DNA of 61,323 nt, filler included. It is 5 parts of 5 records of this genome, joined end to end, with 100 filler letters (N's around TTAATTAATTAA, not from the genome) between each part and the next. Parts side by side here need not be neighbours in the genome. Positions count along the whole stretch, not along the records: positions 11,442 to 26,797 come from DRR723986_4023; 4 more parts are not named here. One strand, 5' to 3'. Made by a program: the position numbers and the translations under genes. This document shows positions 12,302 to 21,117 of this stretch, piece by piece. Position 1 is the first letter of the stretch; each line of letters begins with the position of its first letter. The notes under the pieces are model-generated. The model was not told the DNA's origin, did no database searches, and worked only from the letters and a program-made list of their open reading frames with translations.

Positions 12302-13480
12302 ATGTCTTCCACCAATTCCAAGCCGCCGTTGAGGCAGGATACCAAACTGGCGCATGCAGGGCGCGACCCGCTTGCATTTCACGGTTTCGTCAATCCGCCT
12401 GTCGTGCATGCTTCGACTGTTCTCTACCCCGACACCAAAACCATGGTGACGGGTGCCCAGAGCTATTCCTACGCCCGCAGGGGCAACCCGACCACGGACT
12501 CCCTTGAAGGGGCCATGAAGGAGATCGAAGGGGCAGCAGGGGTCAAGATCGCGAATTCGGGCTTGAATGCCATTGCATTGGCCATCCTGTCCTGCGTGAA
12601 ATCCGGTGACCACATCCTGATTGTCGATACGGCTTATGGACCGACTCGCCATTTCGCCGACACTGTTCTGCCTGGCATCGGGGTTTCCGTGACCTTCTAC
12701 GATCCGAAGATCGGCGCCGACATCAAGTCACTGTTCCAGGAAAACACGACAGCCGTGTTCACCGAGGCACCCGGCTCCCTCACCTTCGAGATGCAGGATG
12801 TTCCGGCGATTGCCGCCGAGGCCCGTGCAATCGGCGCGACCGTTCTGATGGACAATACCTGGGCGAGCCCGATTTACTGCCAGCCACTGTCCATGGGAGT
12901 CGATCTGTCGATCCAGGCGGGCACCAAATATCTTGTCGGACATTCCGACGCCATGCTTGGTACAGTCGCTGCCAGCGAACGTGCCTGGGAAAAACTGGAT
13001 GCGTTCTGTGGTGCCATGGGCTGCCACGTCGCACCGGATGACATCTACCTCGGCCTGCGGGGTCTCAGAACTCTGTCCGTGCGCCTTGAACGGCACCAGC
13101 GCAACACGCTAGCCGTGCTTGGCTGGCTGAAGGACCAGCCCAACATCGAACGCATCCGCTATCCGGGCCTTGAAACGGACCCTGGTCATGCCCTTTGGAA
13201 ACGTGATTTTTCGGGGGCCTCGGGCCTGTGCGCCTTCGACTTCAGTAAAAGCACGACACAGGAACAGGCCTACGCCTTCCTGGATGCGCTCACGCTATAT
13301 GGTCTTGGCTATTCGTGGGGTGGTTTTGAAAGCCTTGCCATTCCGGTTCGCCTCAAGGGCGGCCGCACGGCAACCCCGGTAAACCTGGATCGCCAGTCGG
13401 TTCGCCTCCACATCGGCCTGGAAGACCCGGAAGATCTGATTGCCGATCTGGATCAGGCACTGACGAAGGCATTCGGCTGA
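12302..13480 (+). CDS. metC: Cystathionine beta-lyase
   Basis: VNPPVVHASTV, MDNTWA, PLP lysine in GTKYLVGHSD, GYSWGGFESL and RLHIGLED. Confidence 0.93.
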   Translation: MSSTNSKPPLRQDTKLAHAGRDPLAFHGFVNPPVVHASTVLYPDTKTMVTGAQSYSYARRGNPTTDSLEGAMKEIEGAAGVKIANSGLNAIALAILSCVKSGDHILIVDTAYGPTRHFADTVLPGIGVSVTFYDPKIGADIKSLFQENTTAVFTEAPGSLTFEMQDVPAIAAEARAIGATVLMDNTWASPIYCQPLSMGVDLSIQAGTKYLVGHSDAMLGTVAASERAWEKLDAFCGAMGCHVAPDDIYLGLRGLRTLSVRLERHQRNTLAVLGWLKDQPNIERIRYPGLETDPGHALWKRDFSGASGLCAFDFSKSTTQEQAYAFLDALTLYGLGYSWGGFESLAIPVRLKGGRTATPVNLDRQSVRLHIGLEDPEDLIADLDQALTKAFG

Positions 13481-13508
13481 CAGACTGTCGAGCGAAGGGC
13501 GGAACGGC

Positions 13509-13823
13509 TCAGATCGTAGGGTCGTTCCGCTTTTCCTTGAAGATCAGCCACAGGTTCCGGAAATAGATTAGCAGACCCAGTCCCTGACCGGCGATGAAGA
13601 CCGGATCCTGTCGTTGAATGGCGTAGATCAGCAGCAGCGACCCACCCGCAACGGAAAAGAACCAGAAAGCGACCGGCACGATTGAGCGGCCGACGCGCTC
13701 GGATGCGATCCATTGAATGACGAAGCGCATCATGAACATGGCCTGGGCGAAGAAACCCAGAATGATCCAGAAGTCCAATTGCGCGATGAAAACCGCATGG
13801 ATCCATTCGTATAGAGCGCTCAT
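13509..13823 (-). CDS. Lipid A biosynthesis N-terminal domain (LAB_N) membrane protein
   Basis: RFVIQWIASE, PVAFWFFS, DPVFIAGQ and IYFRNL are typical of the LAB_N family. Confidence 0.9.
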   Translation of the reverse strand: MSALYEWIHAVFIAQLDFWIILGFFAQAMFMMRFVIQWIASERVGRSIVPVAFWFFSVAGGSLLLIYAIQRQDPVFIAGQGLGLLIYFRNLWLIFKEKRNDPTI

Positions 13824-13887
13824 GTCTCAGGTCCAGTCAGTGTTTTTGAAAGGTCGGCGGGCTTCTCCACCCGGATTGGGGCATTAA

Positions 13888-14649
13888 TCAGGTCAGCGGC
13901 CGGACATCCGGAATTTTTTTACGGCGGCGGCGCAGCCACCACACTCCGAACAGATCCAGCACACCGACCAGCGCCCTGTCAAAGATCCCGTATTTAGACG
14001 TTCCATGGCGCCGCTGCCGGTCCTGAACGTCGATATGGGTGACACCGTAACCCTCGCGGATCACGAGTGCGGGCAAGAACCGGTGCCAGCTGTCGAAGTA
14101 TGGCAGTTGCAGGAACACTTCCCGGCGCAGGGCCTTCAGGCCGCAACCGCTGTCGCGAGTGTTATCCCGCAGGATCGCGCCGCGCAGCTTGTTGGCAAAC
14201 TTCGACGCATAGCGCTTGGCCAGGCTGGCCTTGCGGCCAAGCCTTTGCCCGGCGGCAAGAGCAACTGCGGGGCCGGCAGCGTCGAGAGCGTCCAGAAGAG
14301 CCGGAATATAGGCGGGGTTGTTTTCGCCATCGCCGTCTATGGTCGCGACGACGTCGCCCCTCGCATTCAAAAGACCAGTACGCACCGCGCAGCTCTGGCC
14401 ACAAGACTTCTCGTGCCTGACCGGCCGCAGCCAGTCATGGGTTGCCGCGTAATCCTGCAACACGATATCCGTACCGTCGGACGAGCCGTCGTCGATGACG
14501 ATCACCTCGAAACGCCTGCCCTGCAATGCTGCCTCGATTTCATCCAGCAGGATGGGCAGGTTTTCCGCTTCGTCCTTTGCGGGAACCACGACCGTGACAG
14601 CGAGCGCGCCCTTGCTGGCCGCAACAGCTTCCAGATAGCTTTGTGTCAT
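13888..14649 (-). CDS. GT2 polyprenyl-phosphate glycosyltransferase (ArnC/RgtE-like)
   Basis: VVVPAKDE, IDDGSSDGT, IDGDGEN, DSGCGLK, HRFLP and GTSKYG motifs. Confidence 0.88.
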   Translation of the reverse strand: MTQSYLEAVAASKGALAVTVVVPAKDEAENLPILLDEIEAALQGRRFEVIVIDDGSSDGTDIVLQDYAATHDWLRPVRHEKSCGQSCAVRTGLLNARGDVVATIDGDGENNPAYIPALLDALDAAGPAVALAAGQRLGRKASLAKRYASKFANKLRGAILRDNTRDSGCGLKALRREVFLQLPYFDSWHRFLPALVIREGYGVTHIDVQDRQRRHGTSKYGIFDRALVGVLDLFGVWWLRRRRKKIPDVRPLT

Positions 14650-15557
14650 GCGCTTGTCCGTTCTGTCGTGTCTGCCGCAGGGGCCTCGGCCTCCACACGG
14701 TCAGCGCCGCGCTGGCCGCGCAGAACCTGCCAGACAGCCCGCACACAGGCCTTGGCAGACAGGACATTCATGTTGGGTACAATCTTTCCGGAGGAAGACA
14801 GGTGAAAGCCGATCCGCCGCCGGGCCATGGCACGAACCGTGAAAAAGGTGAACGTCATCCCCAATAGCGTGCCTGCGATGACGTCGCTGGGATAATGCGC
14901 CCCGACCATGACGCGGCTGAACGCAAGCCAGAAGCCCGCAACAATGATCAGCCACCGGTAGGCCGGGAAAATAAAGGCCAGCGCAGTTGCAAGTGCAGCG
15001 ACAGTGGTCGAATGACCAGAGGGGAAACTGGTGAAGGTGCCGTCGAAGGCCAGAAAGTCGAAGCGGACCGGACCAACTTCCTCGTAAAGCTTGGGACGCG
15101 CCCGGCCGAGCGACCACTTGAATGCAATGGCCAGAAGCCCCGTCGCGGCGACTGAATAAAAGATGAAGGCCGCATAAGTGAACACTGCGCCGATTGCCAT
15201 GCGCAGGCGGAATGCGTAGCGCCCGGCATCCAGCGCCAGCAGAAACAAGCAGCATAGACCGGTAGAAACGAGGATCCAGTCGGCCTTGCCGATATCGGTA
15301 AAGGTTCGGAAGGCGGCCCGGTATTCGCCCGGGAGAGAGCGCAGCCACGGATAGGTCGGAACATCGAACGCAACGACTGCAATGCCAACCGTCAATAAGA
15401 GGACTGCAAGGATATCCTGCGGCCGCTGCCCGGGAGGAAGCGGATCCCTGTTGTGGCGCGCACGTTCCCTGCGACCGGAAAACAGTATTGCAGCCCGCCG
15501 AGAATTCCCGCGCATGCGCGCCAGAACATGCCAGACAAATTTACTGCTGTTGCTCAT
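14646..15557 (-). CDS. lpxE: PAP2-family phosphatase, lipid A 1-phosphatase-like
   Basis: All three PAP2 motifs: KWSLGRARP, SFPSGH and SRVMVGAHYPSDV; operon context with ArnT-like and GT2 genes. Confidence 0.75.
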   Translation of the reverse strand: MSNSSKFVWHVLARMRGNSRRAAILFSGRRERARHNRDPLPPGQRPQDILAVLLLTVGIAVVAFDVPTYPWLRSLPGEYRAAFRTFTDIGKADWILVSTGLCCLFLLALDAGRYAFRLRMAIGAVFTYAAFIFYSVAATGLLAIAFKWSLGRARPKLYEEVGPVRFDFLAFDGTFTSFPSGHSTTVAALATALAFIFPAYRWLIIVAGFWLAFSRVMVGAHYPSDVIAGTLLGMTFTFFTVRAMARRRIGFHLSSSGKIVPNMNVLSAKACVRAVWQVLRGQRGADRVEAEAPAADTTERTSA

Positions 15558-17358
15558 TGCCGTCTTCTGAAACCGTCGTCGGCACGGACTTCTCATAAAG
15601 CCCGATATCGACATCGTCCCCGCCGTTGATATTGAGGCCGTCTACCCTTTTTACAGCCTCCGGCACAAGACCAATCTCCTTTGCGGCGGCCAAAAACGCG
15701 GCTTCTTCCCGGCTTTCTATTGCCGCGATACGGCAGGTAGCTGGATTCGCGGCTTCATCGGCAGCAAGAAATGCGGCGGCATCCTGCGCGGAAACGATCT
15801 TTGTCGTCGTGCCTTCCAGGAATATGAAACTGGGTTCGTGAAAGCCGGTGGTCACGACCAGACGGTTCGACTTGTCTGCACAACCGGGGATTTCGTCCAT
15901 GGCCGCGACAAGGCGCGGACTGACCCAGATCGGCGTAAGAGCTGGGCCGACAAAGCCCCAAAACCCGATGCTGACGCAGATCGCTGTCAGACAGATGGCG
16001 GGGAAAGCATAGAGTGCCGGTCCTCGCAGAACCCGGGATGCTGCTGCAATCGCAAAAACAGCTCCCACTGCAAGCAGAACGGCTCCGGGAGGTGACGGCC
16101 AGACACCCAGGGCAAAAGGACCGGCAAACGCGGCGACGGCCAACCCCAACGCAGGCACCGCCAGCAGCACTGCCGCTACCCAACGCAGCCACGTTCTCGT
16201 CGTGGCGCCAGCCCCCTCCATCAGCGCAGCAGCAACAGGTAGCGCGAGCGCAGGCAGCAGCGGCATTGTGTAATGCGGAAGCTTCGTTGCAACCAGTTCG
16301 AACACGATCCAGCTTGGGACGAACCAGGCAACGGCAAACGTCACCAGCGGACTTTTTCGTTCATGCCAGATGAGCGGCAAGGCAATCAGGAAGAATGCAG
16401 GCAAAGGCCAGAATATGCCGAACATCGCCCCGAGATGGGTAAGCGGGGGTGCTCCATGACCTTCCTGCCCCTGCCCGACCTTGCCAAGGAGGTCCTTGCC
16501 GATGGCTTCAGTAAAGAACGTTCCGTCCGTCGCGATCCAGATTGCCACAAACCAGGGTGAGACGAGCAGCACGAACCACAGCAGACCCGCGATTGGCGCC
16601 GTTCCCTTGAACCATGCAGCTTTCCGTTTCATGGCCATGAGGCCAACAACCGTAAGGCCAATCACCATGGGTCCAACCGGCCCCTTGATTAGGACACTGC
16701 CCGCAAGTGCAGTCCAGAACAGGAACCCAAGACCCCATAGCCGTTTGTCCGGATCCTTCAACCAGATCCGCGCCAGGGCACCTTGCGCTATTATGATCAT
16801 TGCAAACAGCGCGGCATCAGTTTTTGCCAGTCGCGCCTCGACGCCGACAATGATTGCCAGCGCCACGAAACCTGCGGCCAACAGCGCACCGGCAGGCCCC
16901 ATGAATGCCCGTGCGAGCCAGAAGGTTGCCAGAACGCTGATTATCGAGGCTATGACGGAAGGCAGTCGATAAGCCCAAAGCGGCGCGTCCGCCCCCTGCC
17001 CTGTCAGCTTTACGGCAGCTGCCTGAAGCCAATAGATCCCGACTGGCTTTTTGTGACGTGCCTGATCCTGAAAACGAATGTCGATGTAATCGTTCGTTTC
17101 CAGCATCTGCTTGGTTGCCTGGGTAAAGCGCGGCTCGTCCCTGTCCAGCGGTGGTACCGTCCATTGACCTGGTACGAACAAGGCAAGCGACAGGAGCAGC
17201 AGAAGGAACGGGGCAGTGATGTCGTGGCCGAAGATATGCAACCAGACCGGCTTCCGAACCGGGGCAGCCGACGGGCTGTCCACGTTGTCCTTGCGTTCGG
17301 AATTCCCGGCTGCCTTGCCTGCCGCCTCGGGCTTCTGATCGTCGCGCGTGTCCGACAT
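15541..17358 (-). CDS. ArnT/GT83-family lipid A glycosyltransferase
   Basis: DRDEPRF, HKKPVGIYW, YRLPS, EARLAKTD, LIKGP and TKLPHY motifs; many TM helices. Start taken at MSDTRD. Confidence 0.9.
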   Translation of the reverse strand: MSDTRDDQKPEAAGKAAGNSERKDNVDSPSAAPVRKPVWLHIFGHDITAPFLLLLLSLALFVPGQWTVPPLDRDEPRFTQATKQMLETNDYIDIRFQDQARHKKPVGIYWLQAAAVKLTGQGADAPLWAYRLPSVIASIISVLATFWLARAFMGPAGALLAAGFVALAIIVGVEARLAKTDAALFAMIIIAQGALARIWLKDPDKRLWGLGFLFWTALAGSVLIKGPVGPMVIGLTVVGLMAMKRKAAWFKGTAPIAGLLWFVLLVSPWFVAIWIATDGTFFTEAIGKDLLGKVGQGQEGHGAPPLTHLGAMFGIFWPLPAFFLIALPLIWHERKSPLVTFAVAWFVPSWIVFELVATKLPHYTMPLLPALALPVAAALMEGAGATTRTWLRWVAAVLLAVPALGLAVAAFAGPFALGVWPSPPGAVLLAVGAVFAIAAASRVLRGPALYAFPAICLTAICVSIGFWGFVGPALTPIWVSPRLVAAMDEIPGCADKSNRLVVTTGFHEPSFIFLEGTTTKIVSAQDAAAFLAADEAANPATCRIAAIESREEAAFLAAAKEIGLVPEAVKRVDGLNINGGDDVDIGLYEKSVPTTVSEDGNEQQQ

Positions 17359-17552
17359 CAACTTTCTTGTCCAGTTCCTGCGTCCGGTGTCCTGCGCCCG
17401 GTGTCCTGCGTCTGGGCGGTCGCCCCTGCCCGCCCGTTTCTGAACGCTTCTCCTACATGAGCTTTTCAAAAAGGGAAACTAGTGCTTGCCCTCTTCGAAC
17501 GCACGGTTATCGTCCGGGCAGATGATCCACCTGACGAGTCACAAGGTTTTCC

Positions 17553-18389
17553 ATGACATTGATTGCTCATATGACGGACCTGCATTTGCGTCCGCGAGGT
17601 TTGCCCTGCTATCGCGTTTCGGACACCAATATGCTTGCCGAGCGCGCGATCAAGTCGCTGCAGAGTCTCACCCCGAAACCTGATGCTCTCGTTATAACCG
17701 GCGATATAACCGACAGAAACGATCCAAGGGAATACGCACTCGCCCGCTCCATCCTCTCGCGCGTCGACATGCCTGTCTATCTTGTGCCCGGGAACCACGA
17801 CGGCACAGAAGTCATGCGCCGCGAACTCGGCAGCTTTCCGGGTCTTTCAGGCAGCCTTGAAGACAAGATCTGCTATACGGCGGACATTGGCGACATCCGC
17901 CTGATTGCGCTGGACACCCATATTCCGGGTGATCCGCGTGGTCGGCTCGGTCAGGCACAGCTTGACTGGCTCGACAGCCGGCTGCGCGAAAGTGCCAAGA
18001 CAACGCTGATCGCCCTCCACCACCCGCCTGCACTTTCCGGGATCCGACACATGGACGACATCGGACTTGTGGATGCCGATGCGCTTGCAGAAGTTGTTTC
18101 GCCACACCGGCATGTTGCGCGCTTCCTGTGCGGTCATCTTCACCGTCCGATCATCGCGAGCTTTGCCGGAAAGGTGATGACGCTTGCTCCCAGCACCGGT
18201 CACCAGGTCGTCCTCGACCTGACGGAAGACGGCCCTGCCATGTTCAACTTCGAACCCGCAGCCTATTTTCTCCACTATCATTCGCCGAAAACCGGAGTGG
18301 TGTCTCATATGGCCTACGTGGAAGCGTATGCTGGCCCGTACCATTTCTTCGCCGATGAAGGCGTCGTCTGGCCGGGAGATGAAACCTGA
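17553..18389 (+). CDS. Calcineurin-like metallophosphoesterase (CpdA/Icc/GpdQ-like)
   Basis: TDLH, ITGDI, PGNHD, LHHPP and CGHLH metal-binding motifs. Confidence 0.9.
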   Translation: MTLIAHMTDLHLRPRGLPCYRVSDTNMLAERAIKSLQSLTPKPDALVITGDITDRNDPREYALARSILSRVDMPVYLVPGNHDGTEVMRRELGSFPGLSGSLEDKICYTADIGDIRLIALDTHIPGDPRGRLGQAQLDWLDSRLRESAKTTLIALHHPPALSGIRHMDDIGLVDADALAEVVSPHRHVARFLCGHLHRPIIASFAGKVMTLAPSTGHQVVLDLTEDGPAMFNFEPAAYFLHYHSPKTGVVSHMAYVEAYAGPYHFFADEGVVWPGDET

Positions 18390-18937
18390 TGTCCGTAATC
18401 CCCCTGCCCAAACGCTTCTTGGCGCTGTTGCTGCTTGGCCTTTTCGCGGCCTCCCTCAGCGCCTGCGGCGCCTTGCCGGGAAAAAGCGACCTTGAAGACA
18501 AGACAGTGCTTACAGACCAGCCGATCGACAAGGCACAGATGCTGTCGATGATAAACGCCTACCGGCAGCAAAAAGGCTTGCCCGCTTTGCGCCACGACCC
18601 GGAACTGGATGTCGTTTCCCAAAAGATGGCACGCCATATCGCCGAGCGCGACAGTATGGACACCTGGGCTCACAGTGCCTTCGGTCTGTCACAACGGCTC
18701 GACAAGGCAGGATACGCAAATTACGCAGGCGCGGAAAACCTGGGTGCGGGATACGCTGATCTGGCAGCAGCCTTCCGTGGCTGGCAAGGCTCAGAAGGCC
18801 ACAACAAGAACCTTCTCAACCCCTACGTGACACGGGTAGGCATTGCCAGAACAAACCGCAACAATGGCAAATGGCGCAATTTCTGGGTGATGACACTGTC
18901 CCGCCCTTATGCGGACGGCCGACCGACCGTCCGATAA
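18389..18937 (+). CDS. CAP/SCP domain lipoprotein
   Basis: Lipobox LSAC; INAYR, AENLGAG and WQGSEGHNKNLL motifs; 1-nt overlap with the upstream gene. Confidence 0.9.
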   Translation: MSVIPLPKRFLALLLLGLFAASLSACGALPGKSDLEDKTVLTDQPIDKAQMLSMINAYRQQKGLPALRHDPELDVVSQKMARHIAERDSMDTWAHSAFGLSQRLDKAGYANYAGAENLGAGYADLAAAFRGWQGSEGHNKNLLNPYVTRVGIARTNRNNGKWRNFWVMTLSRPYADGRPTVR

Positions 18938-18948
18938 CAAGACACCTG

Positions 18949-18974
18949 GAAAAAGGGCGGAGCCAAGCTCCGCC
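18949..18974 (-). terminator. Intrinsic terminator downstream of the YcaO gene
   Basis: 8-bp stem GGCGGAGC/GCTCCGCC (18956-18974) followed on the minus strand by CTTTTT. Confidence 0.6.
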
Positions 18975-19088
18975 AAAAGGCTTCTTCCAGAGATCGAATG
19001 ACCCAGTTGTCATCCGGACGCCTCGCAAACAAAACATGAATGCACGGCTCATATTTTATTAAGGCCGGCGCATCAGCCTGTCAATCGT

Positions 19089-20525
19089 TCAAAAGGGAAA
19101 TAGTCGGGCGGCAAATTCGGCTTCGGACGCGGGAATGTCTCGCAAACCACGCTCTACAACCCCGTCGAACAACCTTTTTTTGCCGAACCTTGGCTCCCAA
19201 CTGCAAAGCTCGGGGGACAACAGCTTGATGCAGGGAATTGCAAGGTCTTGGCGGGTCGCATCAAACTCCCAAAGGCTGATCTCGCGGTCGAAACAACCCT
19301 GAAGCAGAGTTTCAAAAGTCGAGGTCTTCTCCAGAACCTCAGGACGGGCGGCAACCGCACCCCGAAAAGGCAGATCCTCGAATATCACGCGCTCTCTGGC
19401 ATACGCCAGCTGCCTGGGTAGCGACCTCAGCGCTTTTTTTGTGCCGTGACTGGCGGGATAGGATTTGTCCATCAGAGACAGAGCATTTTCCGATTGCAAC
19501 ATTTCCTGAATTGCACTGGTGCAGGCCTGTGCGGTGTCCCAACCGGCGGATGATCCAAACGCACCCCCCCGGCCGTAAACGTCATGAGAGACACAAATCA
19601 CCACCTGGACCGGCAGGTCCGTGTCGACGTGCAAGAGCTCCCATTCCCGCGGCTGATCATCGAGATATTGGACCAGATCAGGAGGGAGCATTTCCCTCAC
19701 ATAGCCTTCAGGTAGAGAAGTTATCCCCAGGCGGTTGTACCAGGCCTGCGCAACTGCATCACGCTCTACAAGCTCAAGAAGCGCGCGCGCGCGCGCTCCC
19801 TCAAGGTCATGCCAGACAGCGCATCCTACGCTTGAAGCAAAGGGCAAACGTAAGCCCGTAACGTCATCGGCTTCGTTAAACAAAATTCCCAAACTAAGGC
19901 ACTGCGCCTCTTCATCAGTCTGCAGATTTCGCAACCGGACACGCCTGGCTGAAAGAGATGACCAGTCTGAAGAGTTGACGCCCGAAAGATCTCGTCCGAG
20001 ACGGAGCCTGCCGAGAGCGACACTTGCCTGACCTTCACTCAATCCAAGCAATCGGCCGAAATCTACCTGTGGTTGTTTTTTGTCGTAAGTGAACACCCTA
20101 TTGTCACTAATCCCGATACTACAAAGGGTTAGCCTTTCGGAAAGCTCTCCAATACAACTAATAGCTGCAATTGATGCGATATCCCCCTGTCCACCGGCAG
20201 GAATTGGTGCCCCCACAGCTGGTACTTCTTTTGCATCAGTTTCAGGCGACTTGAGTAACCCGGTGCAAAAATGCACCGGGCATCCGGGGCGTGTCATCGG
20301 GACCAGTCTTGGGGAGAATGACGAAAGCAGCTTCAGGAAAAGACGAAGGTCCGGCTCCAGCAAGCGCACACGATCTCCCTCAACGCCCGGCTCCACCGCT
20401 ATCAGGCCCAAACGCGACAGGTCCGCAAGTACGTCGTCCGCAAATCCACTTTCAACGATCATAGAAGAGACACCGCCGCCAACAGTGAGGATGCGGAACG
20501 GCTGCTTATGTTTTGATATGGCCAT
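19089..20525 (-). CDS. Stand-alone YcaO-family protein (RiPP cyclodehydratase-like)
   Basis: ATP-binding motifs SCIGELSER and SSVGCA...ALLELVERDAVAQAWY; C-terminus PELCSWEPRFGKKRLF...FPF resembles TOMM D-protein tails. Confidence 0.88.
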   Translation of the reverse strand: MAISKHKQPFRILTVGGGVSSMIVESGFADDVLADLSRLGLIAVEPGVEGDRVRLLEPDLRLFLKLLSSFSPRLVPMTRPGCPVHFCTGLLKSPETDAKEVPAVGAPIPAGGQGDIASIAAISCIGELSERLTLCSIGISDNRVFTYDKKQPQVDFGRLLGLSEGQASVALGRLRLGRDLSGVNSSDWSSLSARRVRLRNLQTDEEAQCLSLGILFNEADDVTGLRLPFASSVGCAVWHDLEGARARALLELVERDAVAQAWYNRLGITSLPEGYVREMLPPDLVQYLDDQPREWELLHVDTDLPVQVVICVSHDVYGRGGAFGSSAGWDTAQACTSAIQEMLQSENALSLMDKSYPASHGTKKALRSLPRQLAYARERVIFEDLPFRGAVAARPEVLEKTSTFETLLQGCFDREISLWEFDATRQDLAIPCIKLLSPELCSWEPRFGKKRLFDGVVERGLRDIPASEAEFAARLFPF

Positions 20526-20629
20526 TTACTTCGCCTCACCCTGCAATTGCACACAACGTAGATTAACAAAACTGCCATTGAGCGAGTTCATTCCCTCGTT
20601 CTACATTCTATTCGAAAGCAGTCGATCAG

Positions 20630-20662
20630 TAGTAAACAGTCTCAATACATAACTATTTACTA
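20630..20662. promoter_or_regulatory. Candidate operator (inverted repeat) in the divergent ycaO/precursor promoter region
   Basis: TAGTAAACAGT-N11-ACTATTTACTA, 10 of 11 positions complementary, in an AT-rich spacer. Confidence 0.4.
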
Positions 20663-20746
20663 AAGTTTGACCGAATTTCAAAAAGCCAGGTGACCATCCC
20701 ACCACCAGGCAGGACACATTGCAACTCAACCTATCGGAGGCTCATA

Positions 20747-21037
20747 ATGCACGCTGACACAACTTCCCGGACTGAACTGGAAATTGGCGCGAAACTTGGC
20801 GCGATCATTCAGAACGCCACAGCACGTGAGCGGCTGGTTGCCAACCCGGCTGAAGTCCTGGCTGAAGTTGGCATCAACTCCGATGCCGCAATCTTCGCCG
20901 ACACTGCTGACCTCGTCCACCTCATCATCCCGGCAGAAATCGATGCAGCGCGCGTTGCTGCTGGCGATGAGAAATATTTCGAAGAACTCGGTAAAGCAGC
21001 TCTCGGCAATTGCTTTTACGAAGACGTCCCGGAGTAA
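20747..21037 (+). CDS. NHLP-like putative RiPP precursor (96 aa) with C-terminal tail CFYEDVPE
   Basis: GGAGG RBS at 20736-20740; IIQNATARERLVANPAEVLAEVGI...DTADLVHLIIP follows the nitrile-hydratase-leader pattern; single Cys near the C-terminus; adjacent to YcaO. Confidence 0.72.
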   Translation: MHADTTSRTELEIGAKLGAIIQNATARERLVANPAEVLAEVGINSDAAIFADTADLVHLIIPAEIDAARVAAGDEKYFEELGKAALGNCFYEDVPE

Positions 21038-21064
21038 GCCGGTAAGGTCGTCACGATACGTCTC

Positions 21065-21101
21065 CGGCCTTCTTGCTTCGCGCAGGAAGGCCGTCGTTCT
21101 T
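21065..21101 (+). terminator. Intercistronic stem-loop (weak terminator or mRNA stabiliser) after the precursor gene
   Basis: 12-bp stem CGGCCTTCTTGC/GCAGGAAGGCCG (one G-U pair), loop TTCGC, imperfect U-tract TCGTTCTTT. Confidence 0.55.
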
Positions 21102-21117
21102 TCCGATTGGGGTAACG

